From the NCBI GenBank assembly GCA_003971905.1, contig RSEE01000158.1, positions 62,001 to 103,387 on the forward strand: DNA of 41,387 nt, written 5' to 3'. This document shows positions 25,363-37,349 of this stretch, piece by piece. This DNA is from Moniliella sp. 'wahieum' (Eukaryota). Both the position numbers and the translations under genes were made by a program. The notes beneath the pieces were generated by a model, which did not search any database, was not told the DNA's origin, and saw nothing but the letters and a program-made list of their open reading frames with translations. The stretch's first letter is position 1; every line of letters starts with the position of its first letter.

Positions 25363-25465
25363 TGCTTCGTGCCAGGCTCGAACTGGCGACCTCAGGATGA
25401 CGTGGAGGATCCACTCACACACAGCGGTATGAGACCTGCGCGCTAGCCAACTGCGCCAACGAAGC
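25363..25465 (-). tRNA. tRNA-Met(CAT), elongator type, with 29-nt intron (25399-25427)
   Basis: GCTTCGT/ACGAAGC acceptor stem; A box TGGCGCAGTTGG; anticodon arm CAGGT-CTCATA^A-TCCTG with the intron at canonical 37/38; T-arm GCCAG-TTCGAGC-CTGGC. The TTC T-loop and G1-C72 pair indicate elongator rather than initiator. Confidence 0.96.
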
Positions 25466-25486
25466 AGATTGTTGGAGAGTATGGCT

Positions 25487-25496
25487 CTTTTTATAG
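25487..25496 (-). promoter_or_regulatory. TATA-like element about 30 nt upstream of the tRNA
   Basis: Minus strand CTATAAAAAG at roughly -22 to -31 relative to tRNA +1, the usual TFIIIB position. Confidence 0.55.
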
Positions 25497-26033
25497 CCGC
25501 AGTATGGACAGGGCCGCCCATTTTCTTGGATGGCCTTGGCCCGTAGAGCAATCGATCACAGAGGGGATCCCCGAGACGCTTCCAAGAGAAGAAGGACAGA
25601 GTTTATCTGGGCCACAACGCAGAGAGTACTCGTTTGCAGAGACGATGACACGCTCGTAGAGAGATGATCGATGTGAGGCGGTCATATATATGTAGGCTGC
25701 ATTCATGTGCCCACGCACTTACATGACTGCGGCTGGAAGAGCAAGCGCCCCTGAAAGGATTGGAGATGGCCGATGGGCGTTGGCTCAGCAACTTGTGGAT
25801 TGGGGAAGCGATATCGCTCAAACAAAGATAACGCAGCCACCCCGCCCGCCCACCCGCCTCTCTCACATTCAGCCCCACATCTCGATCGCTTGTTCCTAAC
25901 AGCACTTGCAGTTGGTGTTATACACCGTCGCCACTGGCTCTGCTTTTTTAGCTGCCGTGTGCGCTGCTCCTCGTCTTCCAACCCCCCATTGCGGTTTCTC
26001 CCCCCATCACTAGTCCTCAAGCTCAAGCACCGC

Positions 26034-29000
26034 ATGGCGGCCTCCAACAGCGCTACCCCAGCGCCTCCTCGCTCCTTGCTCCTTGCCCCCTCCCTCGACG
26101 GCGCACTCCCCCTCCACCCGACACAGCCAGCCGGTCGGCGCGGCGGCAGGCGACCCGCGCTGTCTCCCGTCCAGCGTCCTTTTCCAGCGACCACAGCTCC
26201 TACTCCAGTCGGTCTACCACGCTGCCTCTGTCTCTGTCTCTGCCTCTGCCTCTGCCTCTGCCTCTGCCTCTGCCTCTGCCTCTTCCACTCATCCTCGCCA
26301 ACCACATGGGTCGCACGGCCCTGGTGGCAGCCCAAGCTACAATAGTTCAAGTCTCAAGGGCCGGGCGAACTACCCGAAAGGTGACTCGCGTCGCCGCGGT
26401 TCCTTGTCCACCTTGTTCTGCGTCCGAGTGGATGGAATTGCATTCCGAAGCGAATGCGGACCTTCATCGCAGAGGGCGAGTTGGTAACAGGGAGGCCTCC
26501 TTTACTTTGCCGTCCCTTGGTGCCTCTCGTGCTGCAGTTGACCACCAGCTCCTGGGGCGGGAGAAAGTCAATGAGTAGGGCGCTACGCTCCCTCGTGCCC
26601 ACGTGGTCCGAGCACGTGCCAGCGCACAAACAGCAGGCGCCGGTGGAAGGATCCCAACCGTCTTCGTCGGTTCACTCCTCGGTCCGCCGGTCTACCTCCA
26701 CACCCCATTGGCATCTCGCTTTGACCCTTCCCCTCTTCATCGATCCCCAGCAGGAAGTGTGCGCAGCATGGATCTACCTACCGCATCCGCGGGTCAACGA
26801 GCCGATGGTAAGTCCCATATCTTTCTGTCTTACCATTTCCCCACCATAAACACTGTTTATACATATACCATTCTCTCACCCTCTTTCTGTGCCCCTTCTG
26901 GTACGAAACTATACTGACGTCCGGCATTCTGTGTATATCCACAACATACACAGACGCCCATCTCCCGTCCGCAGAACCCAGTCGATGCTGGTGGGACCGG
27001 GGACGACTCGTACTGGGACGACGAGCCCCTGATGCACCCTGATTTCCACCCCGGTTCCTCTTCTCTCTCGACTGGTCCAGCCGCGCCGAGCTGTACCAGC
27101 TGGGTAATACCAGTGCAAGTCTACCTCCTGCGCGTTTTTCGCCCGACAGGATACCCACCTTCCACCCTCAGTCGCCAATCTTCGCGGGCCTCCCTGGTCC
27201 CCGTGCATCACCAGCGTTTCCCAAGCCAGCACGACGGAAGATGGCTCCCTCCGACCCCGACGCGCGACCGGCCCCCGCTTCTTCGCCGCTTCCCTTGTTG
27301 GACTTGCGTCGGCTGAGTCATGCGGTGAGCTTAGCGATGGATGCGTCCACCTGGTTGAAGACAATATGGCCCGCCCCGGTGCGCATCTTGCTCCTGCCTC
27401 GCTACTCACACCCACTGAGCCGCGGACCGAGCTGCTGTGGAACTTGGTGGGCGATGAAGAGCCAGCGATCGCATCGGATGAATCGGACGCGACCATCCCC
27501 ATTTCTGCCCGGGCGTGCTTGCGCCCAGCAGCGCCGCGCTCACCCCGCTCAACTCGACCGCTGCCAACTATGGTACGTCGAGCCAGCAGGCCCACGACTG
27601 GATGACGGTGCCAACAGTGGCCTACGGCAACAGTCTTCTCAGACGGGCAGTGTACGTTGGCGCCTCCGAAACCTCTTCCGCCGGTCCCAGGCAGTGCAGC
27701 GGGCGGGGTGGTGTCGCTGCTACGGCGGTATACCACGTTAGGAAGCCAAGCGACAACGACCAACAGTGCCACCACGGTCGGGTCCAGTGAGCTTCGCGCT
27801 CGGAGCACCAAGAGCTTACGATGAGGCCGACGGACAAGGGACGATGTCGAAGCCCACTACCGCTTCCAGCTGATGGAGCGACAACGACAGCGACAGCGTC
27901 GGCAAGACGCCGATCTCAGCTTGGCACTGTACGTGTCGAGTGTAGAGTTGATGTTGTCGGCGTTACCGCCGCAGTCGGCCCAGGGGGTTAGTGACCGGCA
28001 CGGTCCGAACTGCAAGCGACGTTGATGGAGGCGTTGCACAAGTTGGAATCGACGGCTCCCAAGACCTCTTCGCACCAACAACCCTCCGTGCTCAGGGTAG
28101 TTCCTCCCGCGAGCCCGACCGGACCGTGCATACTGAGCTTGCCGATCTACGCCGCGAGCTGCAAATGGCGCTCAACTCGTTAGCCCCACGGCTGCCAACC
28201 GAGGGGGAAGACACTACTCCCCCTCCCCGCCCCACTGTACCATCTACCACATTCACACTCACACACTTGTCCCGCCACAGTGCCTTTGCTCCCCCCAGCC
28301 GCCGATCCCGCCGAGCTCGCCAATCCCGACCATGCCGTCTTCCTTGCCGATTCGCCCATCCAAGCTGGCTGGCGCCGCCGAATCCTTCATCGGATTGTAT
28401 GGGGTGCGTGACATGTGCCTGGCCACCACCGCAGGCGCGGTCCACATCACTGCCCGCGCCGTGTGCTGGGCTCTGCCGCTCGAGGGCCCGCCTGCTTCGG
28501 TCCCGGCCGAGACACCGATGGCCACCTTGCAACCTGTTCGAGCTGCGAATAAGAGCGAGGAGGAAAGGCAAAGTGGAAGAGAAAGAGAAAAGAAAGGGGA
28601 AGAGACAGCATGGCCAGCCAACTGTTCACCAGTGCAGTCCGTATGGTGACCGGCGGTACGAGTCTGTCCATGATGGGCCTCGACTCCCCTCTGCGTTTTC
28701 CTCTTCGACCATGACAGTGAGCCAGGTATCGCAGCAAGTGGGCAGCTGGCTTTCGAAGCAAGTGCGTGTCGAGCCGAGGCTTGCGACCCCGCCGGCGGGC
28801 TGGAAGAACATCTGATCCACAAGGCGGCCGAACTGGGACGTGCGGTCAAACGATCGCAGTTACCGCACCAGCTTCGTTGCTCACCGACCACCTGACCGCG
28901 GTGATGGTCCTGGTCAACCGCAAGTACGCAGTGCACAACGTACTATTGACTTTATCTTGTCCCAGCTGGTGCGTGCTTGCGCTTTGTGCGTCGGCGACAA

Positions 29001-29168
29001 TGGCATGTGTATGCCGCTCGAACCCTGGTGGCCGGGCTGGAGGCGGCCATTGCGGCGATCAGGCGTATCGGGAGGATGTCAAGCAACCGGATCCAATCCA
29101 ATCGCTCCCACTGCTCCAAGCCGGCGCTGGGACGCTCCTCCGGCCTATTCTCGCCATGGGCGCACTAA
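26034..29168 (+). CDS. Hypothetical protein, about 1000 aa, unrecognised (frameshifted; ends uncertain)
   Basis: ATG 26034 (MAASNSAT) after a pyrimidine-rich leader; chain of plus-strand ORFs; clear AT-rich intron 26808-26953 (GTAAGT...TACTGAC...CAG) joining ...WIYLPHPRVNEPM|TPISRPQNPVDAGGTGDDSYWDDEP in frame; AT-richer terminator-like DNA after about 29200. Confidence 0.5.
26223..26283. repeat. (CTCTGC/CTCTGT)n hexanucleotide microsatellite, about 10 units (would encode poly-SA)
   Basis: ctctgtctctgtctctgcctctgcctctgcc... read directly. Confidence 0.9.
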
Positions 29169-30088
29169 CAACCAGAGTTGAGAGGTGCGGACTGTGTGTG
29201 CTGTATATATATGGGGGCGTATTTTTTGAAGACCGTGTTACGTCTCGTTTTGTGGGGGTCTAACTTTACCGTCATGACGATCATGATTCCTTCCTGCCCT
29301 TACACACCAGTTACCGTTACGTTCGATTTTGATGACTGGAACGTCATTCATACCCATCATCTTCTCTTCCACCTCCATACAGGATGCGGTCGCTATAGCT
29401 TTTTGTTTAAACTGCAAAGAGACGCTGGGCGGGGAAACAGGCTCAGGTATATAGTCACTCGCTCGCACGCGCATCTACTGGTACCTGTTCCCAGACAGTG
29501 AAGACTGACGCACCAACGTTGAATCAATACGAGAAACCATGCCTTCAGGAAGATTAAAGGCGGGAGGGAGGCGGCTAATATATCGTTTAAACCCATGTCA
29601 AGCGCTACTGGTCCGAGGAGGGCACGCGACGGCAGGCGATGAATAGATCCGACAAAACAGAAACGGTACTTTTAAACGACAAAACCCCAAAAACAGATGG
29701 AGAAGAAAGCCAACACATAGTATACAAACAACGCGGGGCATGCTAATAGTTTAAGAGCTGAGCCTCCGCCTTTAGCTGAAGATTGACGAAGAGCGGGTAC
29801 GGTACGAAATAGAAGAAGAAAAGAACGCATTGTTTGTTTCAGGTGCGTCGGTCGTGGTAAGCATTTGTAGATGGGAAACGGGTGTTTGGCGGTTTTTTTT
29901 TGGGGGGGGGGTTGAATGAGCCTATATATAGGTTTTGGGGGACGGGACGTGCCGCATTGCGGCATTGGCAGGGGTATACATGCAATCACCAGCTTGTTTG
30001 CTGGGCGAAGGCGGTGGCGTCAAGCAATCGTCGCTCTCCTCGGTCAGAAGAAGGTCGGGCACCTGATCCATCCCCTCGGAATCCGAGG

Positions 30089-31101
30089 TCAGGGTTGAAA
30101 TTGAAGAGAAGCGATCGCTCTCCCACACGGTAGAGCTGTTGGGCCGGACCATGCTGCTGGTCGCATCGGCAAAGGAAGCGGAGTAAGTGGGGCGGATGCG
30201 GATGCGGGGAGGAAGGAGGCCCGAGGCCTGCAGCCTGGCGGCCAGAACTCAATGCGGTCCACAGGCTTGCGGCGTGGCACAATCCGAGCGCCATTACGTC
30301 CTGTCCCACGCCGGTAGTGGCGGAGAGGAAGGGGGTGCGCAACAGAGCGATGTCCTCCTTGTGCCGCCCACTCCTCGATTCCAACGCAGAGGGCAGTGGG
30401 GGTGGAGGCAGGTGAGAGAGGGTTTGGTCGGTTTGTTACGTTTCGGCTCGGCCTTGATCTTGCGCTGGGACCCCCTTTGTGGGCCGTGGTGGTGGATGCG
30501 GATAATGGGTCAAAGCCGAGGTCCGCAGCATCGACGTGGACTTGCGCTTGCCTGCTGTCCGCGGCGCGCTCTTCTCCCTCGGCAACAGCCTCGGCCGAGC
30601 GCTGGAGCGGGCCAGACTGGCTGCGTCTCAAGCGGCCCCGCATGGGGACCAACTCGGGCGTGGTCAAGCGAGGCAGACCGACTGATGCGATCCGCGCAGC
30701 GGGTAAGGGTACGTCGGACAGGCGTCGCGTGGTTCGAATCCGAGTGGCTGCCCTCGGCGGGGGAGGTAGGATGGGGCGTCGGAGCAGATCTGTGGTCGAC
30801 TGAGCGGCTCGCTGCTCTGCTCGGCCGCTGAGAGAGATGGGTCCCACTCCTCGTCCCGCAGGCGTGCGGGCGAGGGGGAGGGACGCTTCCACGGGTAGGG
30901 TCTGCACTGTTCGCCGCGCCAGAAGCGGGCGGGGGAGGCGGCGGCGCGGGTGAGGTCGAGGTCGAGCGGGGAGACGTAGAGCGGGGCTGCTCGGTGGGAG
31001 GGCGGGCGAGGCGCCGGGCGCGAGGGCGGGCATGGCGGCGGGGGGGGGCGGGGACCGGCCGATGGCGGCCGAGGGTCGATGGATTGTGGCTGCTGGGACA
31101 T
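30089..31101 (-). CDS. Hypothetical Pro/Arg-rich protein
   Basis: ATG 31101 (MSQQPQSIDPRPP) and overlapping ORFs 30664-31101 and 30089-31033 that could join through an indel; AT-rich 3' flank at 29600-29950. No domain recognised. Confidence 0.4.
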
Positions 31102-31252
31102 GTGATGTGATGTGGTGGATCAGCGATCAGCGATCATCGGTCCAGCTGATGCGCTGCGCACGGCCAGGGTGTACTTTAAGGCCCCATTCCGCCTGCTGGC
31201 GGAAGACACCCCCGCAGTGCCCCAATCGGTCCGTCGGACTCACTAGCCATGC

Positions 31253-34200
31253 CTATCGCACCCACACACTTGCCCGTGCCTGGATTGGATTACAAGCCGC
31301 ACGTGTGCGCATGGGCCAGCGCAGCAACCAGCTGGGCCAGCTGCTGCTGCTGCTCTCTGCCTCCGCCTCCACTCCCACCTCGCCCAGCGCGCCCAGCGCC
31401 GCCGCGCACGCCGCGTCGTCCAGCCCGTCCGGCGCAACACCACCCGCCGCCGCCGCGACCACCTCGCTCCACAGCGCGCTGCCAGGTCCAGATCGGCCCC
31501 GCGCCATCGCACAAGGCGAGGGCCACCGTTGCGTCCTGGTACCCCCAGCGCCCGGGCTGGGCCCATGCGGCCGCCGGCTTCCCAGCCGCGCACGCAGCCG
31601 CGCATCCAGAATGCTCTGCGCCAAGAGCAAGTTGGATGCCAGCCGTACCTCGCCCCCGGTCGCCGCGGCGTGGCTCACCATCTGGTACACGCCCGCTGCG
31701 CCGCGCGCCGTTTCGCGCTGCTCGGGCACCTGCCCAGGCCCAGCCTCGGCGAGGCCGGGGCGAGCAGACCCAAGAGCCACGCTCTGGCCCCCGGATTGGT
31801 ACATGAGATGGGCACGTAGCGTGCTTGGCTTTCTGGACGCAGCGGGCGGAAGCGGGCCAAGGAGACGTGGTCGCTACTCCGCCTGTTGTTTCTTCGCTGG
31901 CGCTGGCGTCCGGCGTGGGGCGCGAGGATGGTGGCTTGGGGCCAATGGCCCACTCGACCTGCACCGTCCGTTTCAACTGAAGCAGCGTGGGATCCAGCTT
32001 TAGGGTCCTCATCAAAGGGTGCTGAGGCCGCGTCTCGGTCGTCGCGCCCGGCACTACGATTCGTGCAGGCCAAAAGCGGGAGGTGGCAGAGTGAAGCGTG
32101 TAAGCTGCCTCGGCGGAGGCAGGAGAGCGGGGCTGACCACTGCGACGGACCGGAGGTGCACCGCTTGGGGTCCCAGTGCGCCGCGTCGTGCCCCCATGCG
32201 CACGAGGGGGGGTTGTGCAGGCTGATCCGTCTCCATGGCCGCTGCCCTCGTTGCTCTGGCGGATCTGCACATAGGGCAATCGTTTCTGAATGGCCCGTGT
32301 CGACATTGCGTGCGACAGCAAGACGCGAATCGAGTGCCAACACCCATAGGTGACGGAACGCCTGCAGATGAGCCCGATTGTCTGTCCGGGAGGCCGGGAA
32401 CTGGGGCCAAAGGGAAATGACCAGACTCGCGATCGCCTGGTCGGTGCGAGCCAGGGTGAATCGGCCTCCGCCGAGGAACAAAAGTCCCAAAGCCATGTGG
32501 GTGGCCATTTGGTTGCCGTAGGTCAAGTTGAGGCTATGATGTCGCTCGCGGAGGAAGCGCATTAGATCCACGTCGCCTGTACCAGCCAAACCAAAGCAAG
32601 TGCCAATCCCACCACGTCCAACGCGGCTTGGAGCAATTTAGCGGATCTTGGAAAAGTAGCCGTGAGTTGATGGGCCGCTGCTCTACGAAGCTGCTCCAAT
32701 TCCTTGCTCAACACGGCCGGCGCTGGGACAGTGCCCTGTTCCAGCAAACTTGAGACCCATCGCAAACGCCGCACCCATACGCATGTTGATGTACGCCAGC
32801 TGCACAGCCTCCTCGGTCGGTCCGCCGCCCCCTCCGCAGGCGGTCGCTCGGGCAACACATAGTCCTGCACACACGCAGGAAGACTCGAACGCAGCCAGCT
32901 GGCCTCATCTCGAATCTCGTCCCACATGATCAAGGAGCGGCCAGTACGCGAACCAACAGCAGGTCCGGCCGAATTTCGTCCATCTGGGCCAGCGATTCAG
33001 GTAAACTGATCCGTCGTGCCACGGTGGCCAGGCCCGAGCGGAGGAAGATGAAAGCCAAAGCGATCGTGGCAGGGGCAGAAGCGATGGCCATGCGGTGCAG
33101 ACGCTGGGTGGAGCGCAGACCGACATACTCGACTCGATTGGCTGGGTAGCCAGCACGCTTGCGCCCGAACCGGCCTCAGACGGACAACCGTCCATCAAGT
33201 CTTGCAAACGTTTTATGATTCTCCAATCCACCTCGCTCTGCACCGTCTCCCGTCGCGCTCGTCCTAGCAGAACGAGGCCGAGGGAGAAGCCGGCCGCCAA
33301 GGCGTGGCCCTCGCGATAGTCCGTTTGCAGATCCGGGCTCTCTGGTTCGGGCGGTGCCAAGTCGCGCAGCAGAACCTCGACTTGGGCGCGTTGGTCCGAC
33401 GCCATGAACAGCAGCCCAACACTCAACAGGCCCGCAGCTTGGGTCGTGAACGGGGTATTGAGCGGCGCCGAGTCGGGGCAAAAAGGACGGAAGCTGATGA
33501 CGTTAACGTAAACGCCGTCCGATCTTGTGTTCCCACAAACGTGCAGGCCAACCCCAGAATCACCCCAACCGAGGTGAGCTCGTGCTGGTGGACGAGGTAG
33601 CGCCAAGCATGCACACGCCCCAACCCCCCAGTTGCCCCACAGCCCCACTCCCAGTAGGAACCGGCATGCGTGCATTGGGCTCCCCTCCTTGCGCTCGGAA
33701 AAGCCAATGGCTATCGATCCCTCCGCGATTGTCACTCACCATCGACAGGGCCGAGCGACGCCGTTATGAAAGTAGACCCATTCCATCTCTCCTGCATCCT
33801 TGACGGTCGGCGTGGTCCACTTTTGCTTGTCCACCCGTACTTCCAGCACAAGCGGGGGCGTAGACCAACTCCGGGTCGATACCCAAGGCTTGCTCCGCAG
33901 CGTCAGCATACCCCTGCCAACGGTCGTGGCCTGGATACGACACAGCCCACCCATGACAGCGCAATGTGTCCTCGCTAGGGCAATGTGAGTCAGCATGTGG
34001 GAGAAAAAAGGGGGGGGGGGGGGGGGGGAAATGACGTACTCGGCATGCTTGGACCCGATTCGGACAAACTGGGGTCTCGAGGTATCGAGCATACGGCAGG
34101 CTTCTTGCAGACGAAAGTCGTGGGGGAAAAGTTGGCCACAGAGGGGTGGCAAGAATATGGAGCTCTTGGTTGAGAAGGAGGGAAGGGTGCGGATGTCCGA

Positions 34201-36805
34201 CTCGTAAAAGACCAGTCCTGCTTCGTCCTGGTTCTTCGACGCATCCCCCTCGGTTAGTTGCGCCGCACAGTCCATCCTTCCCACCAGTTCGAGTGCGGCA
34301 CGGGATCGCAGCACCAGGGAAAGTCATGGGTGGCTCGCAAAACTGGATCCACATCGATTGCCGGGACAAGCTGGGCAATGTCAGCGACAGTCATTGTTTT
34401 TGGCCAAGCGGTCGAGCTGGTCAGAGGAGTGCGCCAACCAGGTTTGGTACGTTGCCTGGTCATGGGAGGAAGAAAGGATCTTGCGCTGCGCCTCCAGTTC
34501 GGCAGTCCATCCCAGGCGCCAACAGAAAGACCGCAGTCCATCGCATCTTGCTTCATCTAAGCCCAGGCCCAGGCAAAACGAGTGAATAGGTCCTCAGAGA
34601 CCACAGTCTTGTGGCTGACCAAATAGTCCAGCCAATCAAAGCGGGGATCCGGTTGGCTGAGCCTGGGTGGTTCCGAAGCGGATGTGTCGCCGAGCCTTGC
34701 GGACCAATACTCGGCCAAGGATTGGGCCCCACATTGGTTTGCTAACTGGACCAAAAGCTTGGCCAACGGCCTGACTGAGGTTTGGCGTAGCCGCATGTCC
34801 AACATGAATTCTTGAGCCAGTAGATGCAAGGTGGCCAATGCTCGGCGGTCCTCTGGGGTGAGCTGGACCGAAGTGGTAGGCTCAGCTGGGGGAACAGGAA
34901 CGATTTGACCCCCCTCTGACGACGGAGCGAGAGAGTCGAGGGCGAGCAGAGGAAGATCAAAGCGAGCGTTGGCTCGTTGAATTCGGGCGAGAAGACCGGT
35001 TTGGGACGCAGTCAGACCAGGTTTGCGACAAGCCGACAAGCCGGCCGAGGCAAGAGACGACGGAGCCACGTTGCCAAAGCAGGCAGTGCAAAACGCATTC
35101 CACTCGAAAGAGACAAACTCGTCGCTGCAAACGGGTGCACCCCTGGACCTCGGGTAGTTGCCGAGAATGCAGACATGGCGGATGTAGGGGCAACGTATCG
35201 AGCACAGCGCTCAGGGCAGCCAATGCAGCCGACGTGAGGGCACATTTGGGTTCAAAGGTGGTGAGAGGTGCCGGGATGGGGACAAGCAGCAACTGCTTCC
35301 CTTCCTCTGGAGATGCCAACGTGGAGGACCACTGCAACGATCGAGCTTCTTGTCGGTCACCCATGACAAAATCAAAGGGCGCCTCTTCCCCCTTCTTGGG
35401 GGGAAGGAGCTGGACGGTAAGCTCTAGGTTAGCAGGAACAGATAGTTGCTCCAAGAGAGAGACCAGGGCGTGGCTCGGTTCCGACGCCTCCACATCATCC
35501 CAGGGTCCGGCGGATCATCAGTGGGGTGGTTGATGACGACCCCCTTGATATCCGAAGCGGGAATTTTGGGGTGTGGTGCCATTGTACGAGGAGGAGGATG
35601 GGGTTCTCATCATTGCCGAGGGTGTGCGGGAGATGCCAGAGGAGGAGCGTGCCATGGTGGACGCCTGTGCCATTGCGGACGGGGGTGGCCCATGGCAGAT
35701 GGGGTGCGGGTCATACCAGAAGCGGTGCGTGCCATGCCGGAAGCTGTTCGTGGCCGCAACGAAGCACGGCGGGAGCTGAGACCATTGCCGCGTCGGCATC
35801 ATCGTCGGCAGGGGGTGCAGAGGCCGGCGCGGGGGTCATCCAACTTGCTCGCCTGGTCCGATCCAGGGCGTCGCCCTCAGCGGCCATGTAAGTCTGTGGT
35901 CTGGCCTTAGACATGGTGGATGGGATGCTTGGCCTGCCGCGGGCTAAAGCCGGGGTTCAAAGCCAATAGCGGGTGTGGAGAGGGCAGGCTGAGCGTTGGC
36001 GGCACCGACAGAGTAACTGTATATTTGAACGGTGTCCGTGTCGGGCGAGCGGGTGACCAAGATCTTCGCATCCCCATAGCACGCTGTTCCAGCCGGTGTC
36101 TCGTCGAGAACAGCAAACACGCGGAGGGGTTCTTGATACAGGACGAGAGGTGCCGGAGCAGGGGTGTCGGATGCGGGACGCGAGGGTATCGGGGGGCGGA
36201 GGCATATGGTTTTGGTGCGGTAGACCGCCTGGAGCTCGGCGAGTGGCCTCGAAAAATAGAAGAGGCTCGGCAAACGCTCGGGGGTGCCGGCGCCGGGGAG
36301 TGGTAGTGCATAGTCCTCCGCCTCAGGGAGGCGAGTGATGAACACGCCCCGCTCCGCCGGCCACATCGCAGCCGCGGCGAAGGCGAAGGGCACGTGGATG
36401 GGGTCCAATCCCCACATCGGGGGACAGATGCAGAGGGTGTGGCGGAAGAGAACACAGAGAGACATGCCTTCCGCGGCTGGCAGGCCGGGCAGGTCTGGAA
36501 GGGACGCCCAGCAGGCATCGACAATGTCGGCCTCGAAGGAGTAGGGCGCGACGAGGCGTGCGCCGCGCACATGCAGCAGGGACGATCCCTTCCAGCGGAG
36601 CGAGCGGGAGCTGTCGGTGCGCCAGTCGGCGGACACGCCCTCGAGGGTTCCTGACCCCGCGCGGGGCCGGAAGGCGGCGCGGGGGGGCGGGGGGGCGCGA
36701 GGGCCTGCTTGCGCTCGATAACGGAGCGCAGAGAGACGAGGATGGGGAGTGCTCCTGCGCCACATACGCCTCCAGCCAGGCGGCGTGTGGCAGGTCGATG
36801 GCCAT
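31253..36805 (-). CDS. APC1: Anaphase-promoting complex subunit 1 (Apc1/BimE/Cut4)
   Basis: PC-repeat motifs: FPHDFRLQEACRML, WVYFHNGVA, HACRFLLGVGLWG, HELTSVGVILGLA, QAAGLLSVGLLF, YREGHALAAGFSLGLVLLG, GLKFAGTG, AGTGDVDLMRFLR...TYGNQMATHMALGLLFLGGG...DNRAHLQAFRHLWVLA. Start ATG 36805 (MAIDLPH); many indels and a few introns (e.g. about 33975-34039). Confidence 0.95.
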
Positions 36806-37349
36806 GGCGGCGGGGAGGCTGGCGCTGGCGCAGGCGCGGGATGCCAAGGTGGTGGTTGTGTTGGTCGGCGCGTAGCCGTAGCGCTTAGGACGTCGGCAGC
36901 GGGCCAACCCTAGCCACGCGTCTGAGATCTGACCGATGGCAGCCTCGATGGGTGATGAACTGAATATATGAGTGCGCACTGTCCTCAAACCAAACCAGCA
37001 CGCTAGTCCTCCTTCTTTCAACAGTACCCTCACTTGCAAAGGACACCACGACACATACTAGGTAGCTACCAATTCGCATCCCCCCTCCCTCCAGTGAGCT
37101 ACCAACAAATATCTTGCATCTGTACCAAAAAAAGCAGCACACATGCACTCGAACAATGATAATATCAAAAAACCGGGTGGTGGGGAATATGCATGTGAGT
37201 AAACCAACAGATGAAAGGACAGTGACGGCGGGCAACACAGCGACGCGAACCACACGACGGCATACAGAAGAGACAGGGATGTGATGTCCCCCTGAGGCAG
37301 CGCCTGAGCTGGCCTCGAGAGGCAAACAGCGCGAGGAACAAGAACGACT

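Noticed and set aside
31032..32003. 323-aa plus-strand ORF (and similar long ORFs at 6301-7095, 12330-13752 and 30187-30831)
   Set aside because: Antisense to GC-rich coding sequence, low complexity, no motifs; stop-codon scarcity explains the length.
34009..34028. Long G homopolymer (possible G-quadruplex)
   Set aside because: It is the C-rich pyrimidine tract of an APC1 intron on the minus strand, and its length is unreliable in this assembly.
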